Origin: Sphyrna mokarran
Lineage: Eukaryota
NCBI GenBank assembly: GCA_024679065.1
Contig: JAGIQG010000009.1
Coordinates: forward strand, 90,954,001-91,018,000
Reading direction: 5' to 3'
DNA length: 64,000 nt
A model generated the notes under the pieces. The model was not told the DNA's origin. It saw nothing but the letters and a program-made list of their open reading frames with translations, and made no database searches. The position numbers were made by a program, and so were the translations under genes. Shown here piece after piece: positions 1 through 11,379 of the stretch; position 1 is the first letter of the stretch; each line of letters opens with the position of its first letter.

Positions 1-380
1 AATGGCTTGATATTCGGTGGTGGGGTCATGCTCCAGGGGGAGGTAGGTGAAAGTGTCCGAGAGTTGGCACTCAGCCTCAGTGAGGTCGAGATCTATATGC
101 CAGACGTCAAAAGCACTGCCCTTGATGAAGAATTTGTTGACAAAGTCAGCGTTGGACCTGAGAGATTGATGTGCAGCAAGTTCACGAGAAGACAAGTTAA
201 AGTGGTTGAGAGGAGCGGTGAAATTGAGACAGCCGATAGTTCTTAATGAAAAGATCAAGAGCAGGTATGATGTCAGAGGGAGGTGCTCAGGTAGAGGGAG
301 AATGCTGGAAGTGGATGAAAGGATCTGCTGAATGGGAGAAGGGCTCCTGCCCAAAGAAGGTAAACATGGAGATGAAGGTC
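1..380 (-). mobile_element. Penelope-like element (second family), decayed N-terminal/pre-RT fragment
   Basis: Minus strand translates KGSAFDVWHIDLDLTEAECQLSDTFTYLPLEHDPTTEYQ and FFGQEPFSHSADPF, resembling the PLE KPADKGG..RQL..Y..L..DPT block (cf. 31340-31450). Confidence 0.7.
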
Positions 381-510
381 TGATGAAGACTCATCCTGAC
401 TCGAAATTTTGGCTCTATTCTCTCTCCACAAATGCTGTCTGACCTGCTGAGTTTCTCCAGTATTTTCTGGTATTGTTTCACATTCCAGCATCAGCAATAT
501 TTTGCCTTTA
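380..510 (+). mobile_element. PLE second-family terminal repeat (pLTR) end with decayed hammerhead core
   Basis: CTGATGA(380)..GAAA(403) followed by ctctccacaaatgctgtctgacctgctgag; joined in inverted orientation to the 1-380 fragment. Confidence 0.55.
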
Positions 511-534
511 AATTAATAATATGATTTATTTGAT

Positions 535-940
535 TAGGTCAAAGGCATCCATCATTGAGTCATCAACTTCAGACTGTAATCTGTATTTCCTTATTTTGTT
601 ACCTTTTCTTTGCATGTGTCATCCTTCATCTTGTTTTTCTTGGTTTTGCTTCCAGACTGCAGCTGTTCATGATTCTGCCATTCACATCTCCTCTGAACCC
701 ATATTTTGTTTCTTTATTTGTCCCATTATTAGTCCATTTGGCAGTGTCCTATTAACTCTTCTGTCATTCAGTTATCATTTGTTTATCACAGAGCTACCCT
801 TCACTCCAACATTTCATCTGCATAAAAGTTATGACATTTCTAACTTTTCCCAGTTCTGATGGAAGATTATAACCTGAAACATTAACTATGCTTCTCCACA
901 GATGTTACCAAGTTTTTGAAGCATGTCATTTTTTGTCTTC
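535..940 (+). mobile_element. PLE second-family 3' end with decayed hammerhead (852-887)
   Basis: agtt-CTGATGG..GAAAC-ATT-aact (stem I agtt/aact), then ctccacagatg as in the 380-510 copy. Confidence 0.5.
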
Positions 941-1179
941 CAAAAGGCTAATGTTTTGATTGGTCATATGCACTTTCTCTGGTTTGTGGCCACTCTCCCC
1001 ACCTCCCCCGAAAAGTTTCCATGTTAAGCTGCATGGAATTTGATCGTCTCGCATTCCATACTATTGCCCATGTGTTCCTGGTAATAGGGAGTGGGGTCGG
1101 TCTCCAAAAACGATTATTCTAAAATTAATGAAAATATTAAATATATAAAATACATTGACGAAATATATAAAATATGTTG

Positions 1180-2367
1180 AACACATTGACGAAGAAAGAG
1201 CGGTGGACATAGTGTACATGGACTTTAGCAAGGCGTTTGATAAGGCCCCCCATGCAAGGCTTCTGGAGAAGGTGAGAGGGCATGGGATCCAAGGGGCTTT
1301 GGCCTCATGGATCCAGAACTAGCTTTCCGGCAGAAGGCGGAGAGTGGGTGTGGATGGGTCTTGTTCTGCATGGAGATTGGTAACCAGTGGAGTGCCCCAG
1401 GGATCTGTTCTGGGACCCCTGCTGTTCGTCATTTTCATAAATGACCTGGATGAGGAAGTGGAGGGATAGGTTAGTAAGTTCGCCGATGATGGTCGGTGGT
1501 GTTGTGGATGGTCTGGAGGGATGTCAATTGTTGCCGCGGGACATAGACAGGATGCAAGACTGGGCGGAGAAGTGGCAGATGGACTTCAACACGGATAAAT
1601 GTGTAGCGGTCCATTTTGGCAGGAATAATGGAATGAAGGAGTACAATATAAGAGGTAGGAGTCTTAGCTGTGTTGTAGAGCAGAAGGATCTCGGGGTCCG
1701 GGTCCATAGGACTCTTAAATCGGCCTCGCAGATGGAGGAAGTGGTGAAGAAGACATACGGTGTACTGGCCTTCATTAATCAAGGAATAGAGTTTAGGAGT
1801 CAGGAGGTAATGATGCAGCTCTATAAGACTCTTGTCAGACCCCACTTGGAGTATTGTGCGCAGTTCTGGTCGCCTCATTATAGGAAGGATGTAGAGGCTA
1901 TTGAGAGAGTTCAGAGGAGATTTACAAGGATGCTGCCTGGATTGGGAGGCAGGCCTTATGAAGATAGGTTGAGGGAGCTGGGACTCTTCTCACTGGAGAG
2001 ACATAGGTTGAGAGGCGACCTGATAGAGGTTTATAAAATGTTGAGAGGAATAGATAGGATGGACTCTCAGAGACTATTTCCCCAAAATGGTCAGTATGAG
2101 AGGACACAGATTTAAGATGCAGGGAAGCAAATACAGAGGAGATGTTAGGGGTAAGTTTTTCACTCAGAGGGTGGTGAGTGAATAGAATCGGCTGCCGTCG
2201 GAGGTTGTTGAGGCAAACTCGCTGGGATCTTTTAAAAGACTTCTGGATGAGTATATGGGAACTAATGGGATAGGGGGTTATAGATAGCTCTGTGGATTGG
2301 TAGATGTGATCGGCACAACACAGCCCGAAGGGCCTGTTTGTGTTGTATTGTTCTATATGTTCTATAT
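1180..2367 (+). mobile_element. CR1 LINE, 5'-truncated (RT C-terminal half plus tail)
   Basis: [19 protein letters not shown] and LYKTLVRPHLEYC motifs; tail ccgaagggcctgt..(gttctat)n; near-identical to the 20246-23005 subfamily. Confidence 0.95.
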
Positions 2368-3693
2368 AAAATATGTAATATACCTGAAGAAAAATTACTT
2401 TTGGACTTTGAGAAGTCAATAATTTGAACAATATTTTGTAAAACTTGGAATCTCATCATTTGATGTCCTCTCCAGAATTTGTATGTAGTATTTGTTGTGG
2501 GTTTTTAGTTTTATCTGTTTCAATGGATGAGAAAAGGGAACTTTCATTGTTAACTCATTTTAAGTATATGTTATCACAATGATTGAACAACTCCAATGAA
2601 TCTTGTTCTGAACTATGTTTTTAACCCTGCTTGAGATATACCTGGTTAAAAGCAGCGAAAGTGAGGATGGGAATCTGTGGTTTGGGCTTCATTGACTGTT
2701 CTATTGGATCTCAGATTTAAAAGGAACCAAATAGTAACTGATAAATTTCAGCAGAAATGCAATAGGGCAAGAATCAAACAGGCTGCTGTGGGTGACCAAA
2801 GGGATAGTTATCTTAGCAGAATCTCAGAAGTCCAGATGTAGATAGAACTGAGGTAAAATAAATAAAGCTGGGACTTTCTGCTTCTTTCCTGTGACGCCTG
2901 TCATGGCAGTTATTAACATAAAATATTGCCAGAGTGCGAAATTCGGGTTTATGATGTTGTAAAACCAGTTTGCAATACTGCTGTCAAGCCTTCAAATGCT
3001 TTTCCCGCTGCCTAATGTCAGGCATGCCTTTTGCATACATTTCAACATCATGCATCATTAAAAAGGGTGCATGTCAGAATCATTCTTCCAACACTGGATC
3101 AGTAGGGCTTGTCAGTGTGCAATTGTGCTGTGTTTCATAGCGCTATATAAGCGATGTGCCCTTGGTGACATGCACTTTGCTCGACCCTTTGATATTCACG
3201 TACCTATTTTGCATCATACAATGTTTGTGGCAACTCATGTTCAACAGCACATCGCCTTCAGCAAGGGCTACCTCCAAAGCTGTACCTAATAGATCAGCAA
3301 TAAGATGGGGTTCATCTTGAGTAGGCTAACAGCAAGGCCCCTGACTGAAGAGTGGGATAAGTAGCCAAAGGCATGCCAAAGGGCTAAGGCCTGTACTAGA
3401 GTTGTGGGGGATGGGGGGTGGTGGGGGGGAGGAAGGGGAGGTCGTGCCTTATGAATCTGGTAGAATTTTTTGAGGAGGTGATGAAAATGGTGGACGAAGG
3501 GCACCATTGTCTATATGGATTTCAGTAAGGCGTTTGACAAAGTCCCTCATGGGAGGTTAGTTGAGACAGTCAAGGCTCATGGAATACAAGGACAGGTAGC
3601 TAGATGGATAAGTAACTGGCTTAGTAATAGGAACTCAGTAAGAATTTAGCAACACGAATTTATAATCCAACCAATTTATTTGATAGTAAAAAA

Positions 3694-3724
3694 GCGAGCT
3701 TTCGACTCTGTGTCTTCGTCAGGC
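3694..3724 (-). ncRNA. Minimal hammerhead ribozyme motif in PLE pLTR
   Basis: gc-CUGACGA-A-gac(acaga)guc-GAAA-GC-UC-gc; core intact, stem I only 2 bp. Confidence 0.75.
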
Positions 3725-3939
3725 AAATGCAGTGTTCTGGTCTGCAATAGCACACATCAGCACAGACAGTCAGAGATTGCTGATTAGAATGCGAATCCTT
3801 ACATCTAACCTGCTATTCAAGTGTTAAAGTGGCTAACAATGTGTGTGAAGGGAATCCTGAGCATTGTTAGAGAATTGTGTATTTTCTCCAGACAGCACAG
3901 TAAGTGAGGTTTTTTGCTAACCCAGGCAAGTTACGGGGG

Positions 3940-4946
3940 TTACAGATAGTGTGTCATGAAGCCAAGATCCCTGTTAAGACCGTCCTCATGTGTGCGGAGC
4001 TTGGCTATCAGTCTCTGCTCAGCGACTCTGCGCTGTCGTGTATCACGAAAGCCCCCTTGAAGAACATTTACCCGCAGGTCGGAGGCCGAATGCCCATGAC
4101 TGCTGAAGTGTTCGCCCACAGGAAGGGAACTGTTTTGCCTGGTGATTGTTGAGCGATGCTCATTCATCCGCTGTCGTAGTGTCTGCATGGTCTCCCCAAT
4201 ATACCATGCTTCGGGACATCCTTTCTTGCAACGTATTAGATAGACAACGTTGGCCGAGTTGCAAGAGTATGTACCGTGTACCTGGTGAATGGTATCCTCA
4301 CGTTTGATGACGTCGTCCATGTCTAGGATCCGGCATGTCTTGCAGAGGTTGCTGTGGCAGGGTTGTGTGGTATTGTGGTCACTGTTCTCCTGAAGGTTGG
4401 GTAGTTTGCTGCGAACAATGATCTGTTTGAGGTTGTGCGGTTGTCTGAAAGCAAGAAGTGGGGGGGTGGGGATGGCCCTAGCGAGATGTTCATCGTCATC
4501 AATGATATGTTGAAGACTCCGGAGAAGATGTCGTAGCTTCTCCGCTGCGGGGAAGTACTGGACAACAAAGGGTACTCTGTCCACCGTGTCCCGTGTTCGT
4601 CTTCTGAGGAGGTCAGTGCGGTTTATCGTTGTGGCACGTCGGAACTGTCGATCGATGAGTCGAGCGCCATATCCTGTTCTCACGAGGGCATCCTTCAGCG
4701 TCTGGAGGTGTCTGTCACGATCCTCCTCATCTGAGCAAATTCTGTGTATACAGAGGGCTTGTCCATAGGGAATGGCTTCATTAACATGTCTAGGGTGGAA
4801 GCTGGAGAAGTGGAGCATTGTGAGGTTGTCTGTCGGTTTGCGGTACAGTGAGGTGCTGAGGTGACCGTCCTTGATGGAGATGCGTGTGTCCAAGAATGCA
4901 ACTGATTCTGGAGAATAGTCCATGGTGAGTCTGATGGTGGGATGGA
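3940..4946 (-). pseudogene. PLE ORF 3' part: RT thumb, linker and GIY-YIG endonuclease (open frame, 5'-truncated)
   Basis: FLDT..LYRKPTD..SFHP, CxxxxCxxC linker, NVVYLIRC..C..YIGET..LRQRMNEH, and GLN terminus. Confidence 0.92.
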
Positions 4947-5386
4947 GAACAGTGACCACACAACCCTGCCACAGCAACCTCTGCAAGACATGTCGGATCA
5001 TAGACATGGACGACATCATCAAACGTAAGGATACCATTCACCAGGTACACGGTACATACACTTGCAACTCGGCCAACGTTGTCTACCTAATACGTTGCAA
5101 GAAAGGATGTCCCGAAGCATGGTATATTGGGGAGACCATGCAGACACTACGACAGCGGATGAATGAGCATCGCTCAACAATCACCAGGCAAAACAGTTCC
5201 CTTCCTGTGGGCGAACACTTCAGCAGTCATGGGCATTCGGCCTCCGACCTGCGGGTAAATGTTCTTCAAGGGGGCTTTCGTGATACACGACAGTGCAGAG
5301 TCGCTGAGCAGAGACTGATAGCCAAGCTCCGCACACATGAGGACGGTCTTAACAGGGATCTTGGCTTCATGTCACACTATCTGTAA
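4947..5386 (+). pseudogene. PLE GIY-YIG endonuclease, second (inverted) copy
   Basis: Near-identical translation to the C-terminal ~145 aa of the 3940 ORF. Confidence 0.92.
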
Positions 5387-5601
5387 CCCCCGTAACTTGC
5401 CTGGGTTAGCAAAAAACCTCACTTACTGTGCTGTCTGGAGAAAATACACAATTCTCCAACAATGCTCAGGATTCCCTTCACACACATTGTTCGCCACTTT
5501 AACACTTGAGTAGCAGGTTAGATGTAAGGATTCGCATTCTAATCAGCAATCTCTGACTGTCTGTGCTGATGTGTGCTATTGCAGACCAGAACACTGCATT
5601 T

Positions 5602-5632
5602 GCCTGACGAAGACACAGAGTTGAAAGCTCGC
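5602..5632 (+). ncRNA. Minimal hammerhead ribozyme motif in PLE pLTR
   Basis: gc-CUGACGA-A-gac(acaga)guu-GAAA-GC-UC-gc. Confidence 0.72.
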
Positions 5633-6816
5633 TTTTTTACTATCAAATAAATTGGTTGGATTATAAATTCGTGTTGCTAAATTCTTACTGAGTTCTTACC
5701 ACCCCAATCCAACGCCGGCATCTGTACATCATTAGTAATAGGAGACAGAGAGTAATAGTGGAAGGGTGTTTTTCTAGCTGGAGGTGGGTCACTAGTGGTG
5801 TGCAGCAGGGCTCGGTACAGGGACCTCTTCTATTTGTAATATATATAAATGACTTGGAAGAGGGAGTAAGTGGAGTGATCAGCAAGTTTGCAGACGATAC
5901 AAAGATGGCTGGACTAGTGGATAGTGAGGAGCATTGTCAGGCGATGCAGCAGGACATAGATAGGCTGGTAGCTTGGGCAGACAGATGGCAGATGGAATTC
6001 AATCCTGATAAATGTGAGGTGATGCATTTCGGGAGAAAGAATGTAGAGGGGAGGTATATGATAAAGGGTAGACCTATTAAGAGTATAGAAACGCAGAGGG
6101 ACCTGGGGGTGCAGATGCACAAGTCTCTGAAGGTGGCAGAGCAAGTGGAGAAGGTTGTGAAGAAAGCATATGGTATGCTAGCCTTTATAGGAAGGGGTAT
6201 AGAGTACAAGAGCTGGCCTTTAATGTTGCAGTTGTATAAAACGTTGGTTAGACCTCATTTGGAATACTGCGTCCAGTTCTGGTCGCCTTACTACCGGAAG
6301 GACGTGGAGACTCTGGAGAGAGTGCAGAGGAGGTTTACCAGGATGCTGTCTGGTATGGAAGGTCTGAGTTACGAGGAGAGGTTAGGCAAATTGGGACTGT
6401 TTTCCTTAGAAAGACGTAGACTTAGAGGAGATCTAATAGAGGTGTACAAGATTATGAGGGTATAGATAGAGTAAACAGGGTTAAGCTTTTTCCTAGGATG
6501 GACTCGAATAGCACGAGGGGTCACGGGCTTAGGGTGAGAGGGGTAAGGTATAATTTGGATGCTAGAGGGAGTTTTTTCACTCCCTCTAGCATCTAGCTAG
6601 AGGGTGGTGGGGATATGGAATGCGCTGCCAAATAAAGCGGTGGAGGCAGGTACTCTGGAGTTATTTAAATAATACTTAGATGGGCACATGAACAGAATGG
6701 GAATGGAGGGGTATAGGAAACTGATTTAAAATAGGGATCATGAGCCTTGGGAGTCCCTGGGAATGTGTAAATAGATGATGATATTTATGTACTTGTTTTT
6801 ATCCAACAGGTGCTTT

Positions 6817-6935
6817 GGTCCACCTTGTTGTCTAACAAGGGGCATAGACACGATGGGTCGTGAGAGGGCTGCTCTTGGATTTTTTTCAAGAGTATCCTAG
6901 TGCTTCACATCGTTAGTGTACGCTTGACCTGGACC
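6817..6935 (+). other. Conserved structured RNA domain in CR1 3' UTR (copy A1)
   Basis: Closing stem ggtcc/ggacc, hairpin ccttgtt/aacaagg, long stem ending in ctcttgga/ttcaagag; homologues at 27637, 32628, ~47015 and ~54128. Confidence 0.7.
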
Positions 6936-6942
6936 ATTTGAT

Positions 6943-7130
6943 GGGCAACACGACAGCTCAGTGATTATCGCTGTGCTGTGCAGATACATGGATTTGAGCC
7001 TGTGTATGTGGGAGTTTGCGCATTCTCCCTGTGCTTGCGTGGGTGTTCTCCGGATGCTCCGGTTTCCTCCCACATCCCAAAGGTGTGCTCTTAGGCTAAC
7101 CAGCAAAACAAATTCTCCCTAAATTGTCTC
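6943..7130 (+). mobile_element. Decayed tRNA-head + V-domain SINE sequence embedded in CR1 3' UTR
   Basis: gggcaacacgacagctcagtga aligns to a HE1-type head; ggagtttgcgcattctccc..gctccggtttcctcccaca is the V-SINE core. Confidence 0.8.
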
Positions 7131-8639
7131 AAATTTGGTTTTTAATCCATAGATCTATAAACATAGACAGGGATCACGGGTAGGGGTAGGAACATTGGGG
7201 TGGTGGTGCAGGCTCGTTGGGCCGAAGGGCCTGTTTCCCATGCTGTTTTGTTCTTTGTTCTTTGTTCTTTGAAGTAGGGTTTGCATACTTGACTAGGCTG
7301 GTGAGGGTGTGGATGTCTTCTATACTTGAATTTAATTGCATGGGACCTGAATGGGAAGGTGGCAAACTCAGGAAGGGTTTGACTTTATATTGTTCATCTT
7401 GCCAAGACTTCTCTTGTCCCAGTGCAGGGAGGGTGAGGATAATGGTGGTCCAGTCTCAGACCATTATCAACAGGCATGGACATGATGCCACTGCATCAGT
7501 CAGAGGTTTGTGGTGGGAGGAGGGGTGTATGATCATTTTCTTGGGCGACAGTTACCAAACTCAGCCCAGGGAGGAATCTACAACCCATAAGTAGGGAAAA
7601 GGTAGTATATGGGCAATAAGAGGTCTCATGATGGAAGTGGGAAGTTGTGGGGGAGAGGACAGTGGTGGTGTCCTCTCCCCCCACAATTTCCCACTCCCAC
7701 CATGTGAGTTGTGGTGTGAGGCTTTGTAAATCACGCTGTGCCAGAGGCCTCAAGATCGATGGGAGCAAGGTCCACAAGCACATCAAAAATCACAATAGGT
7801 CGAAGATTAGAATGAAAGAATTGAGGGAAACCTCAACATCATGCTGCATAGAGTCCTTGGGAGAGATATCTGCACTCTCAAGGGAGGGGCCAAGTAGGTC
7901 TGGCATTGAGGCCTCAACACCACCTTCTTATAAGATGAAGCAATTGAACAACAAGCAAAATAAATGAGGGCAAACTCAGCTGGTGAGTTCTCTGGGGGCC
8001 TCTTGAATGATTGGTGCAATTGCTACAGAGCCGAATAAAGGGCCAACAAATAGATACGTGTATTCTTGGATGAGAAAAGATTTGCAACTGAGTCAGATTA
8101 TGAGTTCTTCATTCAGAATGTAGAAAATCAGGAAGGCTACCACTGAAGAAACCTCATTATTAATGTGCATCTTTAATATTAGAGCAGTAATGGATTACTT
8201 TTGTCACAGCTTCCAAATTCCCCAGAGCAAGAAGAAAGTCAGGAGCAACTTGTGACAAGCCTCACATCATTCTGCTGGCAAGTTCACACAAGAAGGCTCA
8301 GCTCCTCCCCACCTGCAAACCGTTCTCCACTGATAATCTTGGTTCCTAACCAAACATGTTACACAAAGTGTTTACTCTCAACTAAATGGAAAGGTAAACT
8401 TGAAATGTGCCTGCACTGGATTTCAAGGCTGAATATTTGCTGACAGTAGTACTAAGCTCTTTAACCCAGTGAGTTAATAGTTGTCATTGGGAGAAATAGG
8501 ACCGTTAGAGATTCATGCTGACTCATGCTTTCTCATGTATGTTGCAGAGAGAAGACCACGACTAAGATGGATGTCTGTATAACTGCATGTAAGCAGGTCA
8601 GAGGCGCGGACGAGCACTCAACAACTCTGTGTGAACCAG

Positions 8640-10030
8640 TTGACAGGGGTTTTTGCAGATATCTTTGTTCTATTGTTATGCCAATCTGAGGTCCCTATTT
8701 GGTTCAAGAAATCTGTTTCCATCATCCCTGTATGAAAGAAAAGCCAAGCAGCATGCCTTAATGACTACACGCCTGATGGCTCTGACACCGATCATTATGA
8801 AGTTCTTTGAAAGATTAGTCATGATACAAATCAATTCCGGCCTCCCAGACTGCTTGGATCAACTAACGTTCACCTGTTGCCGCAGCAGCAACAGATTCCT
8901 TCTCCTTGGCTCTATGCTCAACCCTGAAACACCTCCACCTCTCCATTTCTCCCCATGAATATCCATGTCAGACTCCAGCTCAGCCTTCAACACCATTATT
9001 CCCAAAGAACTTATCTCCAAACTCTGTGACCTGGGCCTTGGCACCTCCCTCTGTAACTGGATTCTGAACTTTCTAACTTACAGACCACAATCAGAAAGGA
9101 TAGGCATCAACATCTCTTCCACAATCATCCTTGTGTGTGCCTCACAAGGCTGAGTCCTCAGCCCTCTACTAGTCACCTTATGCACCTATGACTGTGCGGC
9201 CAAATTCCCCTCGAATTTGATTTTCAAGTTTGCTGACAACACCAGTGAGTCAGATCTCAAACAATGATGAGACAGAGTACAGGAATGAGATTGAGAATTT
9301 GGTGAACTGGTGGAGCAATAATAATTTCTCCCTCAATGTCAACAAAACAAAGGAGATTGTCATTGACTTCAGGAAGCATAAAGAAGAATATGTCCCTGTC
9401 TACATCAACAGGAGTGAAGTAGAAAAGTACAAGAGCTTCAAGTTTTCAGGTCTTCAGATCACCAACAATCTGTCCTGGTCCCCTCTTGCTGAACTATAGT
9501 TAAGAAAGCTTACCAATGCCTTTACTTTCTCGGAAGACTAAGGAAATTTGGCACGACTCTCACCAACTTTTACAGATACATCGTAGAAAACATCCTTTCT
9601 GGTTGTATCATAGCTTGGTATGGCTCCTGCTCTGCCCGAGATGCAAGGGTCTTCAAATGGTGGTGAGTGCAGCCCAATCCATCATGCAAACCAGCCTCCC
9701 ATTCGCTGACTCTGTCTACATTCCCACTGCCTCAGCAAAGCAGCCAGCATAATTAAGGATCCCATGCACCATGGACATTCTCTCTTCCATTTTCTTCCTT
9801 CGGGGAAAAGATACAAAAATCTGAGGTCATGTGCCAAGCAACTCAAGAACAGCTTCTTCTCTGCTGCTTTCAGATTTTTGAATGGACTTACCTCGCATTA
9901 AGTTGATCTTTCTCTACACCCTCGCTATGACTATAACACTACATTCTGCACCCTGTTCTTTCTTTCTCTATGAATGGTATCTTTTGTCTGTACAGCACGC
10001 AAGAAGAATACTTTTCACTGTATGATAATA
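8640..10030 (+). mobile_element. Rex1/Babar LINE, decayed, 5'-truncated
   Basis: [38 protein letters not shown] and LNVNKTKEIVIDFRK motifs; aatca-type tail. Confidence 0.88.
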
Positions 10031-10034
10031 CATG

Positions 10035-11155
10035 TAATAATCAAGTCAATACCCGAATAACAAGGACATGTCAAATTTCTATTTATTGACTACTGCTCAG
10101 CCTTCAACACCATTATTCTCTCAAATTCATCTCCAAACTCTGTTGCCTGAGGCTCGGTTCCTCCTTCTGTGACTGGATCTTTGACTTCCTAACCCACAGT
10201 AAGAGTGTGCAACAACACCTCCTCCACAATAATTATCAACACTGGTGCTCCACAAGGCTGATTCTCAGCCCCTTACTATATTTCTTATATACCGATGATT
10301 CCAATGATTATATTACCAAATTCCCCTCCAACTCGATTTTCAAGTTTGCTGATGACACCACCGTAGTGGGTCTGATCTCAAACAGTGATGAGACATAGCA
10401 CAGGAAAGAGATAGAGAATCTAGTGAGCTACTGCAATGGCAATAATCTCTCCCTCAATATCAACAAACCAAAGAAGATTGTCATCGACTTCACAAAGCAT
10501 AGTGGAGGGCATGCCTCTGTGTACATCAATGGGGATGAAGTAGGAATGGTTGAGAGCTTTAAGGTTCTAGGTGTCCAGATCACCAACAACTGTCCAGTCC
10601 CTCCATGTTGACACTATAGTTAAGAAAGCCCACAAATGCATCTACTTTTTCAAAAGACTATGGAAATTTAGCATAACTGCTATGACTCTCACCAGTTTTT
10701 ATAGATACATCATAAAAAATCTTTTCTGGATGTACCACAGCTTGGTGTGGCTTCTGCTCTATCCAAGACTGTAAGAAATTATAAAAGGTTGTGAACAAAG
10801 CCCATTCCATCACTCAAACCAGCCTCTAACTCATTGACGTTGTCTAAATTTCCCTCTGCCTTGTAAAAGCAGCAAGCATAATCAAGGACCCCAAGCACCC
10901 TGGACATTCTCTCTTCCACCTTCTTCCAGCAGGAAAAGGATACAAAATTTGGAGGTCACATACCAACCAACTCAAGAACAGCTTCTTCCTTGCTGTCATC
11001 AGGCTTTTGAATAGACCTACCTCGCATTAAGTGGATCTTTCTGTGCACCTTACCTGCACACTTTCTTTTTCTATGAACAGTATGCTTTATATAATGTCAA
11101 AAAAATATTTTTCACCGTATACTAATACATGTGACAATAATAAATCAAATCAAGT
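10035..11155 (+). mobile_element. Rex1/Babar LINE, second decayed copy
   Basis: LSPLLYFLYT and KFADDTTVVGLI; tail aataataaatcaaatcaa. Confidence 0.88.
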
Positions 11156-11379
11156 CAGAAGGAGATGATATCAATGGCAATGCCAGGCTTGCCAAAGGGA
11201 GGAGATTCACCCTCACCTGTAATCCATGCCAAGGAAGTGACTCCCAGAACTACCTTATATAGGTGCTGTTACGATGGCCACAAAGCTCATCGGAGATTGT
11301 TGATAGATATCCATTATGATTATGATCTTCCTTTGTGAATGAGCAAGGCTCATCCAATGAGAAGTGAGCAACAGGGCCT

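Larger units (their letters stand above)
3633..5732. mobile_element. Penelope-like insertion with ~750-bp inverted arms and 12-bp TSD
   Basis: TSD ttagtaatagga at 3621-3632 and 5732-5743; minus arm 3633-4946 and plus arm 4944-5732 joined by gga microhomology. Confidence 0.95.
3445..7271 (+). mobile_element. CR1 LINE, long-3'UTR lineage, interrupted by a PLE at 3633-5732
   Basis: RT reads ISNWLSNR|RQRVIVEGC once the insert is removed; ORF 5758-6465 has GVQQGS and KFADDTK; tail (gttcttt)n ends at 7271. Confidence 0.95.

Noticed and set aside
3940-5037. 365-aa ORF as an intact gene
   Set aside because: The first ~30 aa are antisense read-through across the inversion junction, and the RT catalytic core is absent.
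6817-6935. HDV-like ribozyme or HCV-type IRES interpretation of the structured domain
   Set aside because: The needed P3/P1 pairings hold in only one copy, and the GGGUCGUGAGAGG resemblance to HCV domain IIId lacks the matching 5' strand. Left unassigned.
7280-8640. Possible host exons or further TE remnants
   Set aside because: No convincing motif or splice-bounded frame recognised; left unannotated.
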